A stretch of 64,000 nucleotides of DNA from Eledone cirrhosa (GCA_964016885.1 OZ024744.1:92132001-92196000); one strand, 5' to 3'; shown: positions 27,178 to 40,935, counted from the first letter of the stretch. Numbers and translations are program-made. Notes: a model not told the origin generated them from the letters alone.

Positions 27178-27229
27178 AATATGGTTTTATAAATATAGTT
27201 TCCATTTATTTAATATTGTATATATATAT

Positions 27230-27660
27230 ATATAAACGTTTGTATATGTATAATAAAGCCAAAACAATGCTGGTATGGACATAGAATAAAGAATGCAAAT
27301 GCAAAAGATATTGTTGACAATTAGTCTTTTACCTTAGATTTATTTAAATGTCCTTAATTTTCGAGATAATATCTCTTCTTCGGAGGGAAGTAAAGCGGTT
27401 AAACCAGTGTTCTAAATAGCTTGCCAAGTCACGCCGATAGGAAATGGTATATAGTATCTGTTCTATCTCTAATGTCAAAGAGTTAAGGTTAGGTGGATAA
27501 AGAGTAGTCTCCATTTAAAAGGTTTTTTTTTTGTACATGCCTGTTTAAGTGTGTGGGAGAATGCATGAAGGTGTAAGTATGTGAGTGTGTGTGTGTGTGT
27601 GTGAGAGTGAGAAGATATGTCTATACGTAAATGTGGGGGATAGATGTTATCTCGTGTTAG

Positions 27661-27663
<3 letters not shown>
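27230..27663 (-). mobile_element. Third copy of the PLE 3' terminal region
   Basis: Near-identical to 23570-23996. Confidence 0.85.
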
Positions 27664-27721
<58 letters not shown>

Positions 27722-27782
27722 TAAAATAATATATATATATATATATATATATACAATGATATATATATATATATATATATAC

Positions 27783-28148
27783 AATGATACTAAATAAATG
27801 GAAAGTATATTTATAAAACCATATTTATTTTATTATATATATTTCAAGGGTAACCAAGACAACATTGGTACACTTTCATCAGATAAAATACAAAGTTTGT
27901 TTTATAAATAGAGACATACCCATGGAAATCATACCTTATCGGTTTGTATTTTATCTGATGAAAGCGTACCAATGTTGTCTTGGTTACCCTTGAAATATAT
28001 ATAATAAAATAAATATGGTTTTATAAATATAGTTTCCATTTATTTAATATCATTGAATATTTACTCCAGTAAACTGTTGAGTGCTCTAAATCAGTTATAA
28101 ACATTTATGTTTGTCGGACTTCCAACAAATTAAATAGCACTTCTACGT
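27783..28148. mobile_element. Palindromic mini-element with two opposed HHRs (27826-27890 -, 27947-28011 +)
   Basis: tattttat-CTGATGA-aag..ccaa/ttgg..ctt-GAAA-TATATA-TA-ataaaata; perfect 8-bp stem I; (TA)n on both sides. Confidence 0.8.
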
Positions 28149-28450
28149 ATATATATATATATATATATATATGAATGAAAAATGGCGTACTGCGTTGTTA
28201 CGAATGTGATATATATGAATTAAAAAATAGTGCAAGAAGCCAGGACTATCCATCATCAGTGATCTTCTGGCCATCATAGGTACTTCTTCGCATTAAAGAT
28301 CAGATACCTCAGGCCAGCGCGATCAATAACTAAAATAAGTTATTGGGATAAAAAGAATTGGGTATGAGTGTGTGTGTGTCTGTGTGTGTGTATGAGTCTC
28401 ACTCTCCCACCGTCCAGCCTCTCCTCTCTCTTTTACCCTCACACTCACTT

Positions 28451-28482
<32 letters not shown>

Positions 28483-28494
28483 TCTCTCTCTCTC

Positions 28495-28600
<106 letters not shown>

Positions 28601-28810
28601 TGTGTGTGTGTGTGTATATATATATATATACAAAACAACACAAAACAATTATTCCATTTACCAAAGGTTTCACGAAAACAGACGAGCTCAACAGATACAT
28701 TTGAAATCGCTTATCAGAATGAAAATTCAATATTGTTTATTACATAAATAAATTAGCTCTGTAGCATACATAGAGCACTCTCCTTTCCTTTACCCTTTCT
28801 ACGGAAATAC

Positions 28811-29605
<795 letters not shown>

Positions 29606-29698
29606 GAAATGCTCGGATCTATTCATTGGAATCTTCGAGCTTATTCTGCAGTGGATATGGCGCATGTCTCTCGGACATGATAACCCTTAATTTAATTT

Positions 29699-29741
<43 letters not shown>

Positions 29742-29910
29742 AGGGAGTGTAACATGCAGTTACTGTAGGTTCACTCAGGTAAGCACTCGATGCGTAGATT
29801 CACGTCTGTAACGAGGTGTAGAGCTAAACATGGTGTATACACACACACTATACACACACACATATATATGAAATACTGTTGGCTTCACGCTCAATAATTT
29901 CTACACTTTC

Positions 29911-29948
<38 letters not shown>

Positions 29949-29949
29949 T

Positions 29950-30137
29950 TATTAAAATAACAGATTAAAGTTTAAGCAAAGAATCGCTGCTTTCCCCCTA
30001 AGATCCCGTTAAGGGTGAAAGCAGCGATTCTTTGCTTAAACTTTAATCTGTTATTTTAATAAATATTTGCTCTACGGTTCTTATATATTTGATATATATT
30101 TATCCTTATCGAGCCCTCTTTGGATTTTAGTCTTCAA

Positions 30138-30140
<3 letters not shown>
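29950..30140. repeat. Short palindrome plus 3' tail; related pieces at 2290-2450 and 42775-42870
   Basis: aacagattaaagtttaagcaaagaatcgctgctttc / gaaagcagcgattctttgcttaaactttaatctgtt. Confidence 0.8.
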
Positions 30141-30234
<94 letters not shown>

Positions 30235-30406
30235 ATCGCTCTTTTTCTCCCTTTTTTAATCTCATTCTGTTTCTTTCTCACACTGTGTCTCTATCTATCT
30301 AATCTATCTTTTTATCTACGCTCTCTTTCTCTCATTCTTTAACCAGATCTCACGAGACTCAAGAATTAACTTTCTGACACCACCAAACTGTTTGCTAAAG
30401 AGAGAG

Positions 30407-30537
30407 TCATAGTCACATAGTCACATAGTCACATAGTCACATAGCTACATAGTTACATAGTTACACAGTCACATAGTCACATAGCTACATAGTTACATAG
30501 TTACATAGTCATATAGCTACAGAGTTACTTAGCTACA
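30407..30537 (+). repeat. 8-bp tandem repeat (atagtcac)n
   Basis: Direct observation. Confidence 0.85.
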
Positions 30538-30742
30538 AGTGGGATCAAACGTAAGCATTGCTAACAGAATCTTAGATGGAGACATACATATTAATCAACG
30601 CCAGTGAGGAACCATTGATAATCATTCTCCTTCCATCCACAACAAGGTTAGAAAAGAAGTAGCTATGTATATATTAAAAAAAAAAAAAAGAAGAATTCTT
30701 AACCAGTGGAATATATTAAAATTACATCACATTTCCAAATAA

Positions 30743-31478
30743 CGATTTCTACTTTAGGCAAAAGACCAGCAATTTTTGGAGGATGATCAAAGGCAAAGCT
30801 GACCTTTGCGGGATTTCAACTCAGAACGTAAAGGGCCATAACTCTATGCTGCTAAGCATGTTGTCTGACGCTCTACCGATTCTGTCAATCCACTGAGCTA
30901 ATAACTGTTTCTACTTTAAGCAAAAAACCAGCGATTTTTGTGGGAAGATAGAAAGCAAAGCTGACCACTGTTTGATTTGAACTCAGAACGTAAATGGCCA
31001 TAACTCTATACCGCTAAGCATGTTGTCCGACGCTCTACCGATTCTGCCAATCTACCGCCCTAATAACTGTCTACTTTAGGCGTCAAGGTCAACAATTTTG
31101 GAGGAAAGGGGCAAGTCGATTAAATCGACACCAGTGCATTACTGGTACTTTATTTTATTGACCCCCGTAAGGATGAAAGGCAAAGTTAACTTTTGCGGGA
31201 TTTGAACTCAGACCGTAAAGGGCCATAACTCTCTGCCGCGAAGCATGGCGTCCAACCCTCTACCGATACTGCCAATCCACCACCCTTACATTATCAAATC
31301 ACTGTTTCTACTTTTGGCACAAGGCCAGCAATTACCCCAGTTTATTACTGGTACTCTATTTTATCGAACCCCGTAAGGATGAAAGGCAAAGCTGACCTTT
31401 GCGGGATTTGAACTCAGATCGTAAAGGGCCGTAACTCTATGCGTCAAAGCATGACGTCCGACCCTCTACCAATACTGA
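30743..31478 (-). mobile_element. Head-to-tail cluster of four SINE A copies
   Basis: Repeated tttctactttaggc..gaactcagaacgtaaaggg..ctctaccga blocks. Confidence 0.8.
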
Positions 31479-31542
31479 ATGTCTCGTGGCAACTAGTTTC
31501 ATGCAAGAGATTTTTACATGTTTTGTACTCCGATGCAGATTA

Positions 31543-32525
31543 AGGCATATTGCTCAGTGGTTAGAGCATTGGGCTTGTAATTTTTTGGGGAGATTGTGAG
31601 TTCAATTCTCAGACAGGGCGGTGCATTGTGTCCTTGAGCAAGACACTTTATTTTCACGTTGTTCCAGTTCACTCATCTGTAGAAATGGTGTCAAGCTGTA
31701 TCAACCATTGCTTTTATCTTGGACATCATTGTATATGGTGTATATATAATATATAGTGTATATATAGTGTATGTATAGTGTATATATAATATACAGTCTA
31801 TACATAGTGTATATATCGTGTATATATAGTGTAAATATAGTGTATATATAATGTCTATGTAGTGCATATATGGTGTATAAAAAATATATAGTGCATATAT
31901 AGTGTGTATGTAGTGTATATATATAATATATAGTGTATATATAGTGTATATATAGTGTATATATAATGTATATATAATGTGTATGTAGTGTATATATGGT
32001 ATATATATATATAATATATAGTGTATATATAGTGTGTATATAGTGTATATATAATATATAGTGTATATTTAGTATGTATATAGTGTATATATAGTGTATA
32101 TATAATATATAGTGTATATATATAGTATGTAAGTCGTGTATATATGATGTATATATAATGATTTCTACTATAGGCACAAGGCCAGTAATTTGGGGCGAAA
32201 GGGAAAGTCGATTAAATCGACCCCAGTGTATTACTGGTACTTTATTTTATCGACCCCGTAAGGATGAAAGGCAAAGTTAACCTCGGCGGGATTTGAACTC
32301 AGAACGCAAAGGGCCATAACTCTATGCTGCAAGACATGGTGTCTGACGCTCTATCGATACTGCCATTATGATGTATATATAATGCATAGTATATACATAG
32401 TGCGTATGTGGTGTATATATAGTATATATATAATATATAGTGTACACATAGTGTGTATATATTAGTTGCGATGTCACTGGTGCCAAGCTGTATCAGCCAT
32501 TCCCTTTCCTTTGGACAATATCATA
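31543..32525 (+). mobile_element. SINE family B pieces split by a (TATATAG)-like tract and a SINE A copy (32160-32365, -)
   Basis: ggttagagcattgggcttg..tgtgtccttgagcaagacactt at 31543-31730; tcactggtgccaagctgtatcagcc again at ~32475. Confidence 0.65.
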
Positions 32526-32574
32526 GGTGGTATGTTGTGTTCTTAAGCAATATACTTTATTTTTGCATTGCTCT

Positions 32575-33570
32575 TTTCATCTGTCAGGAGTTGTGACAAG
32601 CAGATAGTATAAGCAAAGGAAAGATAAATGGAAACATTATTTTCTTGGTTTGATCTGACCAGCTCCTTTCGTCGGCCAGGAGTTGTGACTGATAGATAGT
32701 ATTAGTAATGGAAACATTATTTCATTGGTCTGATCTTTTGGGCAGCTTCTTTTTTAGGTCAGTTGTGACTAGCAGATAGTATCAGCAATGGAAAGACCAA
32801 CGGCAGATGAAAGGAACTGATCTGATGATCAGTTCCTTTCATCTGCCAGGAGATTTGACCAACAGATAATATTAGCAAAAGAAAGACCAATGGAAACATT
32901 GTTTCCTTGGTCTGATCTAATGATCAGCTCCTTTCTTTGGTTAGGTGTTGTGACCAGAAGATAATATTAGCAATGGAAAGACTAATGCAAATATTGCTTC
33001 CTTGGTCTGATTTAATGATGAGCTCCTTTCATCTACCATGAGTTTTGCCCAGCAGATAATATCAGCATGGGAAACACTGTTTCCTTGGTCTGATCTAATG
33101 ATTATCTCTATTCTTCAGCTATGTGTTGTGACCAACAGACAGTATCAGCAATGGAAATACTCAAGGAAACATTGTTTCCTTCGTCTGATCTGATGATCAT
33201 CTCTATTCTTCAGCTATGTGTTGTGACCAACAGACAGTATCAGCAATGGAAATACTCAAGGAAACATTGTTTCCTTCGTCTGATCGGCTCCATTTTCTGT
33301 CAGGAGTTGTGACCAGCAGATAGTATCAGCAAAGGAAAGACTAATGGAAACATTGTTTCTTTGGTCTGATCTGATGATCAGCTCCATCTTTTGCCAGGAG
33401 TTGTGACTCACAGTATCAACAATGGAAAGACCAATGGAAACATTGTTTCCTTGGTCTGATCTGATGATCAGCTCCTTTCTTCGGCTACGTGTTGTGACCA
33501 GCATATAGTATCAACAAAGGAAAGATTAATGGAAACATTGTTTCTTTGTCCGATATAATGATCAGCTCTT
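32575..33570 (+). repeat. Diverged ~90-bp tandem repeat with internal hairpins
   Basis: Unit includes gaccaatggaaacattgtttccttggtc and tgatctgatgatcagctcc..ggagttgtgacc. Confidence 0.85.
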
Positions 33571-34619
33571 TTCCTTTCCCTTTTTTTCCCTCCTTCAAAT
33601 ATTAAATATGAATAATTCTCTTGTCTGAATTCTGGTTGAAAACGTTGTTATTAGATCCAGCTGTTTCATAGCACAGCGGATAATTCCAGAATTTATGGTT
33701 TATGTGTTACATTCGTATTTCTTGCTGTTGTATATCCTAGCATATATCCACTGGAATGTTGTAAGAGAAATGGCAGTGGAATTGGTGCCAAATTATACTG
33801 AAACAAATAGACACAGTCTCCTTGGAATATTCCTTTCAAAAATAATATTTATAGAAATAGAAACAATTTTTTTTTTTTTGGGGGGGGGGGGGTCGGTGAA
33901 GGGAGAGTCTTTTAATTACAAAGGTAGTCATTGTATACTTTTCTATTGCAGTAACTAAAGAAGCAAGTATTTTTTAAGCATATAGTAGTTATTATATCAA
34001 GCATAAAATAAAAATAAAATTGAATACCTTTCTGTAATCAAGTCATGCTGATACACTGCCACAAAGTTTATTCAGTATTTTATTTCTGATAAAACAGTTT
34101 TATTAACTCTTTAATGATTTAGCAGAAAATATCTAAAAACACGTTTGTTAATTCAAATGTTTATAGTATCTTTACTACTGGACAGATTGTTGTGAAAATT
34201 AGTAATATTATTTCGTAACATCCCGCCGAGGTTAACTTTGCCTTTCATCCTTACGGGGTCGATAAAATAAACTACCAGTAATGTACTGGGTAATTGCTGG
34301 CCTTGTGCCAAAAGTAGAAACAATTATTTCGTAACATCCTTTAGCTGAAAAAATATCTAAAAATTGGTTTGTTAATTCAAATGCTTATAGTATCTATACT
34401 AGTGGACAGATTGTTGTGAAGATTTGTAGTATTATCTCTTAACATCTTGTAATAATTTAGCAGAAAATATCTAAAAAATTAGGTTTGTTAATTCAAATGT
34501 TTATAGTATCTTTACTAGTGGACAGATTGTTTTGAAAATTTGCAGTATTATCTCTTAACATCCTTTGGCTGAAAAAAATATCTAAAAACAGGTTTGTTAA
34601 TTCAAATGTTTTTTAGTAT

Positions 34620-35605
34620 TCATAGAAAATGTAGAAATCCTAGATGTAGAAAACCACTGTTAACCACAGTCAATTGCTATAAATAATAGCTTAGAAAATC
34701 AGGTAAAATACCTCTATAGATGGAAAAAGGTGGCCAGTAGCCACTTGAGATATACAGAGTTTGATTCTTCATAGAAGCTGCTTGCTACTTTTTTCTGTCA
34801 GTAGGGATATTTTACCTGATTTTTAAAGATATTCATCATCATTATCATAATCACCAATTAACGTCCATTTTGTCCATGCAAGCATGGGTTAGACGAGTTG
34901 TCCTGTTGTGAGACAAGTTAGATCAGGTGACTGTGTGTTGCTCATACAGAACTGTTTCTGGCTAGGTTTCTACAGCTGGATGCCCTTCCTAATATCAACC
35001 ATATTTACAGTGCAGACAGGGTGCTTTCTGTTGTGTCACCAAAACCACCACTTTACAGTGTGAGCTGGAGCTAGGGTGGGGGAGGTGATTGTATGTAGCA
35101 TGGAGATTAGTGAGGTGGATCTCGGGTGGGGCACTTATCTGATGAAGGGTGGGGTGTAAAGGTGTAGGTGAAGGGTGGGTGTTAGAACATGGGTGGAGGG
35201 TGGTGTGTAAGGATGTGGGTGAAGGGTGGAGTGTTAAGACATAGAAGGTGTATGAAAAGAGGGAGTGGAGGGTAGGGTAGTGGTGCGGAAAGAGGTGCAT
35301 ACTAGATGTATGTTTCAACTGGTACACATGTGAAGGTGGGTCTTCTGTATTACTGCATAACACTAGAGATTTCGAACCTATGTCATTGCCTTTGAGAGAT
35401 ACAATTGTAAGAGGTCAGCTTTTATCACCTCATCCCAGGTCTTCCTAGGTCTTCCTACTCCACAGCTTCCATCAACTTTGATCCTCCTGCACCTTTTTAT
35501 ACAGCTCTCATCAATCATACTCATCACATGTTCAGTTCATTATTTATAGCAATCAACTGTTGTTACAGTTATTTTCTGCCTTTGAGATTTTCTACATTTT
35601 CTACA
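34620..35605. mobile_element. MITE-like inverted repeat interrupted by an RTE 3' fragment (34833-35535, -)
   Basis: tagaaaatgtagaaatc..ttgctataaataat mirrored at ~35540-35604; insert encodes HVMSMIDESCIKRCRRIKVDGSCGVGRPRKTWDEVIKADL. Confidence 0.7.
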
Positions 35606-36872
35606 AGAATTTCAAAGCTTTCCAAACACTCAGATATTTACGAAATGTAATTTATACTATATTTACTAATGGACGGATTGTTGTGAAAATTTGCAGTATT
35701 TAAAGTAAAGACTTTAATCTTTAATGCGATGCTGCCATTTTTCTAAATGTTACGCATGCAAGATTTTGTTAATTAACTCTTAAGAACCTCTAATTATATT
35801 TTTTTTTGTTACACGGTGTTATTCAACAGAAAATATCTAAAATGGGGGCGTTTGTTACTTCAAATAATTTATAGTATCTTTACTGGTAAAGAAATTGTGA
35901 AAATTTCTAGTGTTAACGGTACTAAAGTAAAAACATTAATCTTTAATGAGATACAGTTATAGAGCTTTTCAAGAATGTCTTGTTAATGGGGTTTCTTGTA
36001 GTTTCATGCAGTTTGCTAATTCAAATGTTTATAGTATCTTTACTAGTGGACAGATTGTTGTGAAACTCTGTAATATTAAAGTAAAGACATTAATTTTAAT
36101 GTGATGTAGTTATAGTGCTCTTTTGTGCTTTTCAAGAATGTCTTGTTAATGTGGTTTCATGTGATACTGGATGTTAAGAGTTAATGTGATACAGTCGTAG
36201 TACTGTTTTGTACTTTTCAACAATGTCTTGTTAATGTGGTTTCATATGGTACAGGATGTTAAGAGTTAATGTGATACAGTCATAGTACTGTTTTGTACTT
36301 TTCAAGAATGTCTTGCTTATGTGGTTTTATGTGGTTTGTTAATTTAAATGTTTATAGTATCTTTACTAGTGGACAGATTGTTGTGAAAATTTGTAGGAAC
36401 CAAACTGAAGACTTTAATTTTTGACATGATGCAGTCATTGTGGTGCTTTGTACTTTCAAGAATGTTCTGTTAACGTGGTATCAAGTGGTACAGGACATTA
36501 ACAGTTATTTAAAAGATTTTGGCCACAGTCCCCACCTCCGTTCCCTCAGATTGAAATGGAGAATGATTATTTTAAACATTAGTTATCTCCCTCTGTTAAC
36601 CTTTTTTACGTCGTATTTACTATTCTCCGGCCACTCTCCAAGATAGCTGACTAAATACGCATGTGTGGTTTTTTCTACCCCATTTTTTTTACTCATTTTC
36701 CCCATTCATCACTCTTTACTTTCTATTTATCTTCTACTTTTAACTCTTTCTTCTGATGAATGACTATTGTGCAAAATATTAAGTCTCTCTTCCAGCTATT
36801 TCAAGCGTTAAACCAATATATTTCCTCGATGTACTGTGCCATTTGTTTTGTTATTTTTGTTATTACTTTTAC

Positions 36873-36930
<58 letters not shown>

Positions 36931-36935
<5 letters not shown>

Positions 36936-37125
36936 AACGAGTAGGACCCCGACGGCTGAGCTCAAGCCGTTTCGACGGCTAATTCTGGACTCCAGAATTA
37001 CCCGTCGAAACGGCTTGAGCTCAGCCATCGGGGTCCTACTCGTTCCTATTACCCACTCTACTACCCTAAGTATTGAGTACTTTGGTGCGTTATGGTCCAC
37101 CTGGTTCCTTACCACATTTCTTCCG

Positions 37126-37130
<5 letters not shown>
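36931..37130. mobile_element. Palindromic mini-element with the 3' half of an HHR; relatives at ~39055-39170, ~42880-42915 and 43095-43300
   Basis: Palindrome ~36931-37048; gtc-GAAA-cggct tgagctc agcc-aTC-ggggtcc (GTC in the opposite arm). Confidence 0.7.
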
Positions 37131-37185
<55 letters not shown>

Positions 37186-37278
37186 TGTCAACATGAATGG
37201 ACCTGTTATTTTTATCTAAAGACATTTTTTCCAATTCCATCCTGCCCGACCCCTCAATCTATTTTATTTCTCATTCTT

Positions 37279-37314
37279 TCTTCTGATGAAGGACTAGCGT
37301 CCGAAACATTAAGA
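37279..37314 (+). ncRNA. Minimal HHR motif (degenerate relative at ~36749-36784)
   Basis: CTGATGA a GGAC tagc GTCC GAAA cat TA aga; stem I weak. Confidence 0.65.
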
Positions 37315-37499
37315 CCCTCGTCCTGCAAGCGTTAACCTAATATATACCTTCCATATACTGTACCGATTGTGTTGTCAATTCTGTTTACCTTTTACATACA
37401 TATTGCTTCCACATCATTCATTCTCATCCCGGGAACAATTTTGAATAGCGCCAGTTCGTAATTTGAACTCGGGAATTTTATATTCTCCGAGTGAAAAGA

Positions 37500-37586
37500 A
37501 CCTTCTGACGAGAGTTTATCTTTAAAATGGAAGGCCGCAAGGACTGTCCATTTATTTTTGAGACTCGAAACCGATTCGGTAAAGGT
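37500..37586 (+). ncRNA. Type I hammerhead ribozyme, canonical core
   Basis: acctt-CTGACGA-gagt..actc-GAAA-ccga t tcgg-TA-aaggt; 5-bp stem I, G10.1-C11.1, GUA triplet. Confidence 0.85.
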
Positions 37587-37777
37587 AACCATAGTGAGTA
37601 CAGTGAATTTTTTGAAATTTATTTTGAAACTTTTTCTTATTTGCTAAACCTTGATTATATATGTTCTGGCTTGTTAATTTATTAACTAGCCATTCAACCA
37701 CATTGGCATATGGTTGGACATACATGTGTCCCTGGACGCTTTTTGCGTGTAGGGATATATACTTTATTATTATTATT

Positions 37778-37810
<33 letters not shown>

Positions 37811-37815
<5 letters not shown>

Positions 37816-38012
37816 TAAAACATGTCTATAGAATCACCAGATAAAATATATAGCATTTCCTCTCCCAATTAGCATAATTAACCATATAAAAAATCGAATA
37901 GACCAGGCTATAAGAATGGTCTATTCGATTTTTTATATGGTTAATTATGTTAATTGGGAGAGGAAATGCTATATATTTTATCTGGTGATTCTATAGACAT
38001 GTTTTATGATAT
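37811..38012. repeat. Near-perfect palindrome, ~94-bp arms, next to (TA)n
   Basis: tatcataaaacatgtctatagaatcacc..gaatagacc / ggtctattc..catgttttatgata. Confidence 0.9.
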
Positions 38013-38108
38013 ATAGCTCTGATTATTTAATTTATTAACTTTTCATTGAGCCACAAAGTGACCCGTTGCAAAACACGTATATGTATATATGTATATATAT
38101 ATGTAAAC

Positions 38109-38160
<52 letters not shown>

Positions 38161-38162
<2 letters not shown>

Positions 38163-38395
38163 TCATCATCATCATCATCATCATCGTTTTACGTCGATTC
38201 TTCCACGCTAGCATGGGTTAGACGGGTTGTCCTGTTGTGGGCAATATAGGCCGGCTGACTTTGTCTTGCTCATACAGAACTGATTCTGGTTTGATTTCTA
38301 CAGCTGGATGCCCTTCCTAACACCAACCACATTTACAGTGAGTACTGGGTGCTTTTTTTCCGTGGCGCCTACACGTCCACTTTACCACTTTACAT
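38161..38395 (-). mobile_element. RTE 3' UTR fragment with (GAT)n tail
   Basis: Reverse complement of 1880-2035 motifs (ctggatgcccttcctaacaccaaccac); similar pieces at ~51295-51365 and ~57627-57800. Confidence 0.75.
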
Positions 38396-38588
38396 ATATA
38401 TATGTGTGTGTAGCAAAATCTGTACCAGTACCAGTAACACACTGGGATAATTGCTGGCCTTATGCCAAAAGTAGAAACAATTATTATTGTTATAATCATT
38501 TCTAATAACCACATATAACCATTCTAACTTTTCATTTTTAACCCTTCGTTAAATATATATATATATATATATATATATGCATGCATAC

Positions 38589-38788
38589 ACGAGGTTTGGC
38601 AGAAAAGTTTATAGGCTGACCAAGATACTCTCACGGAATGACCAAATGAAGTTTATTTTTCTACATATTCGCTGGAAAGAAACAATGCAGCTATTGATAA
38701 GAAGAGTTGAAATGGATGTATGCAAGATTTCACAGCTCTAGCATCACTCATTAATAATAAGCCTATGAACTTTTCAGCCTACCGTTGT
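38589..38788. mobile_element. mariner deletion derivative (MITE)
   Basis: TIRs cgaggtttggcagaaaagtttataggct / agcctatgaacttttcagcctaccgttg. Confidence 0.75.
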
Positions 38789-39175
38789 ATCTTAAAAACA
38801 CCCATAGACCAACAACTATATCTAAAACCCTCTCAGTTGGTTGGTAAGGACCCAGTTACCAACATGCTCCCCTCCTTATCTCAGAGAGTGTGCACGTTCC
38901 TCACTTTACCTTTTATACCACTCTATCTCCAATTCCCCATGCATTCTCTCATAAGTCCGCAATCCACACCATAAAACAGCTATCCTGGAGTCACGACGAA
39001 AGGCACCCAACCTACACTGTAAAGTGGCTGTGTAGGTGTCACAATGTTCGGATCTGGCTTTTGAAACGGTCAGAGCTCAGTTGTCGGGGTCCTGGAAACT
39101 TTTCATATTACCCACTCTACTACCCCAAGTATTGAGTACTCTGGTGCGTTATGGTCTACCTGGTATTTTACCACA

Positions 39176-40935
39176 CACTCTGGACATTCCGCACGCCATC
39201 TCACAGTCTGTGGCCTACTCCAATGCCACGGAACACCCGCCAATCGCCTTAGAGTCGAACAAAGAACTATCTTCATCTTACAGACTCACACTCCCCCCCC
39301 CCCCCCCCCGGCCTGAACACACCACCCTTATTCCTTTAGCCTTCGACCGCCCCCCTCCCCCACACTTATCCCCCACTAACACCACTAACACACCCCTCCT
39401 TTTCACCGCCCACCCCACAACAAACAATACTAACACCTCCACTCCACCCCTCATCCGACCACCCTTCCCCAACTAACATACTAACATCCCCCCTTCTTCT
39501 CCTCCTCCCCCCTCCTTATCACACGCACACACCCACCGGCACATATATACACGCGCTCACACTAAACACACACCCTACTACCACCACTAACCCTCACCCC
39601 CACACCTCCATCCCACCACCCCGCAACTAACCTCACTAACACCCCCTGACCCCAAGCACATGAACACACGCACCCACTTACATCACCCACCCCACACGCA
39701 ACTAACATCACTAAAAAAACCCAACCCCACGCACACGTACCCACACACTCTCGTACACCACCAACTCTACACACCCTACCACCACTAACCCCCACTCACA
39801 CCTGCATTCAACCCTTCCCTACCTCCCGTATACTAACACCCACTAACACCCCCTTCATCAAACTACACACACACCAGTACACCACACTCCCTCCATAGAA
39901 CTACACACACCCTTCTCTCCCCGCTCCACCCACACCCTCGCTCCACACTCACTCATCCCACTAACACCTCTACTAATACACATACACACCCTCCTCACTC
40001 CAACTTTCACACCTACCCATCCTCGCCCCTTTATCATTCCACCGACTGCTGCTATGCCCTCTGACCACCTCCCAGCACAAACAGACACACAGCACTCCCA
40101 CCGCTTGACCACTTCCTGTTGCGCGCGCAACCCACATCTCTCCTCTTCCGACCATCTCTTCATGGAATACTCGTATGTGCAACTTGACCACCACGGAATC
40201 TACTAAACATCATAGGAATTTACTAACATTTCAACCATCCTCTTACGGAATCACCTATATAACTCACCCACACACACACCCCAAACATTTTTTAGCTCCC
40301 ACACGCCACCTACACCCACAACACGCTTAAACCTCACACACACGTGCTTTCCACCACATATTTACACCCTCAGCCTCCTGATTCCTCTCCCCCACCCCTC
40401 TATCCACACACGCACAGACATTCTGACCTACAACCCCCCACACACACACCTCTTCCTGAACATGCAACCCCGTTCTTCCCCCAACCCTTACTTTCACATA
40501 CACACACACACACGTACACCTACACACACACACCACCTTCAGCCCTCCCCGCTCGGACACCCCGTCTCCCTCTCCCCACTCCACCCGCCACCACCCCTAC
40601 ACACCCCACACCCTTCCACCACCTGTTTTACCCCTTTTAATTTCAGTTTATTTTGATCATGTTTTATATTTAATTTTATTTCATTCCTTGTATTTTGATC
40701 ATGCTTTATTTTTATTTTTATTTTTAATTTCATTCGCACCGTTTCCTTCCGCTATATGTCTCTCCACCACTCCCCTACACATCCTTTGAACTCTGTTCCC
40801 ACACACTTCTCACCTGAAGAAGGGCTTATGCCCGAAACGTCGTTCCCCACCACCACCCCACTCTCCAGAGCGTGAAATTAATAAACATTCGTTGTACTGC
40901 CTCTCTGTTTTGTTCCTGTTCAAATTTTTCCATTA
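39176..40935 (+). mobile_element. 5'-truncated PLE: GIY-YIG C-terminus, ~1.5-kb C/A-rich 3' region, terminal HHR
   Basis: Frame from 39176 reads HSGHSARHLTVCGLLQCHGTPANRLRVEQRTIFILQTHTP..GLN (Neptune-like endonuclease end); ends in (TA)n. Confidence 0.7.
40812..40843 (+). ncRNA. Minimal HHR motif
   Basis: ac-CTGAAGA-a GGGC ttat GCCC-GAAA-C-GTC-gt; palindromic ACGT stem III, stem I only 2 bp. Confidence 0.7.

Noticed and set aside
33371-33450. CTGATGA and GAAAC in the ~90-bp satellite as tandem hammerheads
   Set aside because: GAAA does not follow the stem after CTGATGA, and no stem I closes the fold
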